This document shows, piece by piece, positions 60,235 through 64,000 of a stretch of 64,000 bases of DNA. The DNA is from Bdellovibrionales bacterium. Lineage in GTDB: Bacteria; Bdellovibrionota; Bdellovibrionia; Bdellovibrionales; UBA1609. The translations under genes were made by a program, and so were the position numbers. The notes beneath the pieces are model-generated. The model was not told the origin of the DNA. It did not search any database and was given only the letters and a program-made list of their open reading frames with translations. The DNA lies in contig DAHVQG010000007.1 in the NCBI GenBank assembly GCA_027317865.1, positions 86,408 through 150,407 on the forward strand, written 5' to 3'. The first letter of the stretch is position 1; every line of letters begins with the position of its first letter.

Positions 60235-61311
60235 TTAGCGGGCCGCAGATTCGTCGTTTAGATTACTTGCCGTCAACGATGCGCCACTTTTAGCCTGTAT
60301 CACGTCAGGGCCAAGCGGGTGCCATACTTCAGACAATATTTTATATTGGCCGGCCGAATTGCGTTCTGTGTATAGCGTTTTTTCACCGACGTCATTTATA
60401 CCGGATGAGTTATATTGCTGAATAAAGTGAAAGATAGCTTGATTGTCGTGAGTCAAAACCATCGGATCTTGCACAACAACCCGGATCGTTTTGTAGCGCT
60501 TGTTCAACGATTCTTTATATTTGCGCCACTCATGCCGATTCATTCGAAATGACTTGAACTGGCCGATAAAATTTTTCGCGTAGTGGCTCATGTAAGCGTT
60601 GATATCTTTATCTTCCCAAGCTTTGCGCCATGACTCCAACCAATTGAGCGCGTCCTTCCGCTCTTTAGCGAGTTTTGCGGGAGTGACGTAATCGACTTTG
60701 CTTAAAATAACCACAGGCGTGCGCTTGAGCACTACATAAGGCGTGAGTTTTTGAATCGTTGCGTTGCGTACGACCACGCAACCTTCAGAGCCCTCGGCGA
60801 GCGATTCTGTTTTGGGTACGGCATGTAGCCAAATTCCAAATCCAGATTTACCTTCGAGACGATCGAAAAAATTTGGATAGTTTAAAGTGAACGCGCGAAT
60901 CCCGTATTTTTGGTAATCGACGTTGGCCATTTCTAGCCGGCGTTGAATAAAATAAACTCCCTGGGGAGTTTTGTCGTCACCGCTGACTTCTTTGTTGCCA
61001 TGTCGTTTGCCAATACCCATAGCGTAATATCCCACCAAATGAGGGACTTCGTTTTTAAATTTCCAGACCGAAAGAGTGCGATGATGTTTATCAGCTACAA
61101 AAACATACGGCGGATAAATTGAGCCGTTGCCGACAGCCAGAAGATTTTCCGGGACAAGATGAGCCGGTGGCGCCACGGGAGTTGGATCTTGCGGTTGCGC
61201 AGAAACCGGAGTTTTCGCGGCCGCAGATGCGGCGCTGAATTTTGCAAATCCAAAAAATCCCAAAATGAGAAAAAGATAGACGACTGCTTTACGCATAAAC
61301 CCCTTACTCAA
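60235..61311 (-). CDS. L,D-transpeptidase (YkuD) domain protein with a C-terminal SnoaL-like extension
   Basis: Signal peptide. GIWLHAVP...GSEGCVVVRN (His/Cys catalytic motif). Confidence 0.72.
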   Translation of the reverse strand: MSKGFMRKAVVYLFLILGFFGFAKFSAASAAAKTPVSAQPQDPTPVAPPAHLVPENLLAVGNGSIYPPYVFVADKHHRTLSVWKFKNEVPHLVGYYAMGIGKRHGNKEVSGDDKTPQGVYFIQRRLEMANVDYQKYGIRAFTLNYPNFFDRLEGKSGFGIWLHAVPKTESLAEGSEGCVVVRNATIQKLTPYVVLKRTPVVILSKVDYVTPAKLAKERKDALNWLESWRKAWEDKDINAYMSHYAKNFIGQFKSFRMNRHEWRKYKESLNKRYKTIRVVVQDPMVLTHDNQAIFHFIQQYNSSGINDVGEKTLYTERNSAGQYKILSEVWHPLGPDVIQAKSGASLTASNLNDESAAR

Positions 61312-61443
61312 TGTATGGCAAAACCTAAGTCCATTAAAAACGGGGGCTCGCGACTAGTCAAGAATTCCATTAGTTGTACTGTCTAAGAGTTTGGCAATTT
61401 GAGGCAAGTTTAAGACGTTTGTCTCATCGACCGATATGAAAGT

Positions 61444-61938
61444 ATGGCTGAAGAATCAGAAAAACCAAAGGGACAAGCAAAGAAAATTCTGCCCGTTCTA
61501 TTTATGGCTTTGAATTTCTTAGTCGTCGGCGGGGGTGCCTATCTTGCTTATGCGGGTACACTCGGCTATCGAACACCGGCAATGGTAGAGGCCGACCTCA
61601 ACCGCGGTTTGATTCAATTTCAAAAATCGCTTCAGAAACCGCCGATCATTTACACTTTTCGTCCGTTCAACACGAACCTCAACGGGCTCCCGCGCCGGTT
61701 CATTCGCGTCCAAGTGGCTGTTCAAATGTATAGTCAGGCCGGGTTCGAAGAGTTGGTTACTATTGGTGCGCGGGGCCGCGACGCAATCTTACGAATTCTC
61801 AATAGTAAGAACTTTGACCAAATTAATAGCGTTCAGGGTAAACTTCGTTTGAAAAATGACATAATTGCTTACCTCAACAAGTCGCTTAGGCACGGGGTAG
61901 TTAAAAATGTTTATTTCACGCAGTTTCAAATTCAATAA
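61444..61938 (+). CDS. fliL: Flagellar basal-body-associated protein FliL
   Basis: Single N-terminal TM segment. FNTNLNG...RFIRVQVAVQM and VYFTQFQIQ match the FliL pattern. Confidence 0.65.
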   Translation: MAEESEKPKGQAKKILPVLFMALNFLVVGGGAYLAYAGTLGYRTPAMVEADLNRGLIQFQKSLQKPPIIYTFRPFNTNLNGLPRRFIRVQVAVQMYSQAGFEELVTIGARGRDAILRILNSKNFDQINSVQGKLRLKNDIIAYLNKSLRHGVVKNVYFTQFQIQ

Positions 61939-62045
61939 ATTTTTTTGAGCCCAGTAATTTGATTCGCGCGTTGACTGGCGCGAGATGACTCCTCAAGATG
62001 ATAAGCACAGTTTTTGTGCCGCTGAACCTGAATCGAGGAGTCACC

Positions 62046-63440
62046 ATGGGCAACAACGTGTTCCGTCGCGCCGGTTTAATAATCGCTTGTGCAATTTCTA
62101 TTACGTTAATGGGTCCGATAGCGTCGGCGAAAGTGTCGGCGCCACCGGCAAAAAAGGCGCGACCGAGCGACGCCATTCGTTTTCCGGTTACAAAATACAA
62201 ATTGCCAAACGGTTTAACGGTGCTCATTTCAGAAGATCATCATTCACCGCTCGTGAGTTACCAACAATGGTTTCGCGTGGGTTCGAGTCACGAAAAAGTC
62301 GGGCACACGGGGCTTGCGCATTTTTTCGAGCACATGATGTTTGAAGGGACTAAAAAATATCCGTCGAAGCGGTTCAATCGGCTAATGGAAATCAACGGAG
62401 CCGATTTCGACGCCTTTACGACCCAAGACTATACAGGTTTTTACGAAACGCTCCCGAGTGATCAGGTTAAATTTGCGATTAAATTTGAATCCGATCGCAT
62501 GCACAATTTAATAATTAATCCAAAAGTGATCAAAAAGGTTCGTGAAGTCGTCGAAGAAGAACGCCGTATGCGATACGAAAATAGCGTTATGGGTACGCTG
62601 TGGGTTATGTTTAATTCGACGTTATATAAGACAAGTCCATATCATTGGCCTGTCATCGGCTACATGAAAGACTTGAACGCCATGAAGCTTTCAGAATTTA
62701 AAAATTGGTACAAAACGTATTACATTCCGAACAATGCAGTCGTAGTTGTTGTGGGCGACGTGAATACGGCCCACGTTAAAAAACTGATCGCAAAATATTA
62801 CGGACCAATCCCGGCTCGCCCACTACCACCGTTTCACCCCACACCTGAAGCGCCGCAAGAAGCTCCGCGAACAGCTACAGTTGAGCGCAACGTTCATGCT
62901 GTATCGATGATGATCGGATGGCCCGGCGTAAAGGCCGGTGACCACGATCAATATGCGCTGGATATGTTGGCTGACATTATGGCGGATGGTCCTTCAAGCC
63001 GGCTTTACAGAGCCTTGGTATACGACACGCACCTCGCGACATGGGTGTCGATGGAATCGGATGAAAATTTGCTCGCCGGTGATATCGCCATTACAGTAGC
63101 GTGGAACCCAGGAGCCAATATTAGGCGCGGTATCGCAATTATTAAACGGCAAATCGCAATGCTGAAAACGCGACTAGTAACAAAAGACGAGATGAAAAAA
63201 GTTCGAAACGCCGAGCTTCTCGGCTACATCCGTGGGCTGCAAACCGACTCGAGCCGGGCACAAGCCTTGGCGTATAACGAAATCATTTTTCACAATTATC
63301 AGCATTTGTTTACAGATCTTGATCAAATGTCAGCGGTCACGCGAAAAGACATTCAAAATGCCGCAATAAAATATTTGGTTCCGTCGAAAATGAATACTGT
63401 CGAAGTTGTTCCGGAGCACCGGAAAGGAGCAAGACCATGA
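62046..63440 (+). CDS. M16 (pitrilysin) family zinc peptidase, active subunit
   Basis: Signal peptide. HxxEH zinc motif GLAHFFEHMMFEGT. EERRMRYEN. The ATG at 62046 follows the SD aggag. Confidence 0.9.
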   Translation: MGNNVFRRAGLIIACAISITLMGPIASAKVSAPPAKKARPSDAIRFPVTKYKLPNGLTVLISEDHHSPLVSYQQWFRVGSSHEKVGHTGLAHFFEHMMFEGTKKYPSKRFNRLMEINGADFDAFTTQDYTGFYETLPSDQVKFAIKFESDRMHNLIINPKVIKKVREVVEEERRMRYENSVMGTLWVMFNSTLYKTSPYHWPVIGYMKDLNAMKLSEFKNWYKTYYIPNNAVVVVVGDVNTAHVKKLIAKYYGPIPARPLPPFHPTPEAPQEAPRTATVERNVHAVSMMIGWPGVKAGDHDQYALDMLADIMADGPSSRLYRALVYDTHLATWVSMESDENLLAGDIAITVAWNPGANIRRGIAIIKRQIAMLKTRLVTKDEMKKVRNAELLGYIRGLQTDSSRAQALAYNEIIFHNYQHLFTDLDQMSAVTRKDIQNAAIKYLVPSKMNTVEVVPEHRKGARP

Positions 63441-64000
63441 GAGTCGCGAAATCTATTTTTCAAGTAGCAGTGCTCGTTCTTGCTGTTACCATGGTGGGAT
63501 GCTCAACATTTGAAACGAAGTCCATTGTTTTGCCGCCTCATCGTAACGTGACATTGAAAAATGGTCTTCAAGTGCTTAAAGTTCAGGATCATTCCTTACC
63601 CTACGTAAGCATTGGCCTTCTTGTGCGCAGCGGATCAACCAATGATCCCATATCAAAATCAGGTTTAGCCAATCTAACGGCTACTCTTTTGAACCAAGGT
63701 GCGGGCAAATACACGGCGCTTGAATTAGCCAATCAATTCGCTCTTCTTGGCACCAATTTTTCAAGTGAGACGGGCCACGATTTTATGTACTTTTCAAGTT
63801 CGGCGTTGGCAAAAGACCAAGATCGGCTCCTTCACCTTTTTTTCGAAACTGTTACACAACCGCGGTTTGATGAAAAAGATTTTAACTTGCAACGATACGA
63901 AACAATGGCCCAGATTCGACGTAACTATGATCAACCCGCCTGGGTGGCGTCGCGGATTTTTGCGCAGTATTTGTACGGCGCGCATCCCTACGCGCGAGCC
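63437..64000 (+). CDS. M16-family peptidase, second (non-catalytic-type) subunit; lipoprotein; 3'-truncated by the window end
   Basis: My translation is MRVAKSIFQVAVLVLAVTMVGCST...LKNGLQVL...GLANLTATLLNQG (no HxxEH). The start overlaps the upstream stop (ATGA). The frame stays open to position 64000. Confidence 0.8.
   Translation, partial: MRVAKSIFQVAVLVLAVTMVGCSTFETKSIVLPPHRNVTLKNGLQVLKVQDHSLPYVSIGLLVRSGSTNDPISKSGLANLTATLLNQGAGKYTALELANQFALLGTNFSSETGHDFMYFSSSALAKDQDRLLHLFFETVTQPRFDEKDFNLQRYETMAQIRRNYDQPAWVASRIFAQYLYGAHPYARA

Noticed and set aside
1-64000. Search for CRISPR arrays, rRNA, tRNA, tmRNA, IS elements or long tandem repeats
   Set aside because: I found no regularly spaced direct repeats, no rRNA- or tRNA-like segments and no transposase ORFs by eye. 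Apart from the regions listed, intergenic space is short.

Overview
The window has two parts. (A) Positions ~1-12,045 are the right-hand portion of an integrated mobile element that looks AT-richer than the rest by eye (GC was not computed). All but one of its genes are on the + strand. In order they are: a UvrD-type SF1 helicase fused to a Cas4/AddB-like Fe-S PD-(D/E)xK nuclease; a SIR2-like gene interrupted by one in-frame TAA; a convergent XRE repressor with a divergent switch region; a DEDD/RNase-H-like exonuclease; an orphan ORF; a family A DNA polymerase with a frameshift inside its 3'-5' exonuclease domain; a SpoVG homologue; a HUH rolling-circle Rep; a Zn-ribbon protein; and an overlapping excisionase and tyrosine integrase at the right edge. 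The left end of the element lies outside the window, and no virion genes are visible. (B) Positions ~12,046-64,000 are ordinary, densely packed chromosome of a Gram-negative bacterium. FliL, OM-type proteins and many secreted hydrolases suggest a Bdellovibrio-like predator, but this is low-confidence inference. Part B contains tilS-ftsH, cdaA-cdaR-glmM, nnr, cmk-rpsA-sppA, ilvA, ppa, an ABC-2 exporter with a GT39 glycosyltransferase, a CusRS-like two-component pair, envelope genes (an O-antigen-ligase-like protein and UXS), and M16 peptidases. I saw no rRNA, tRNA or CRISPR array. The best candidate for an undescribed system is the helicase-nuclease + SIR2-like two-gene cassette (116-3999), which sits beside the element's repressor. 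All functional calls come from motifs read in the supplied translations. No database search was possible.
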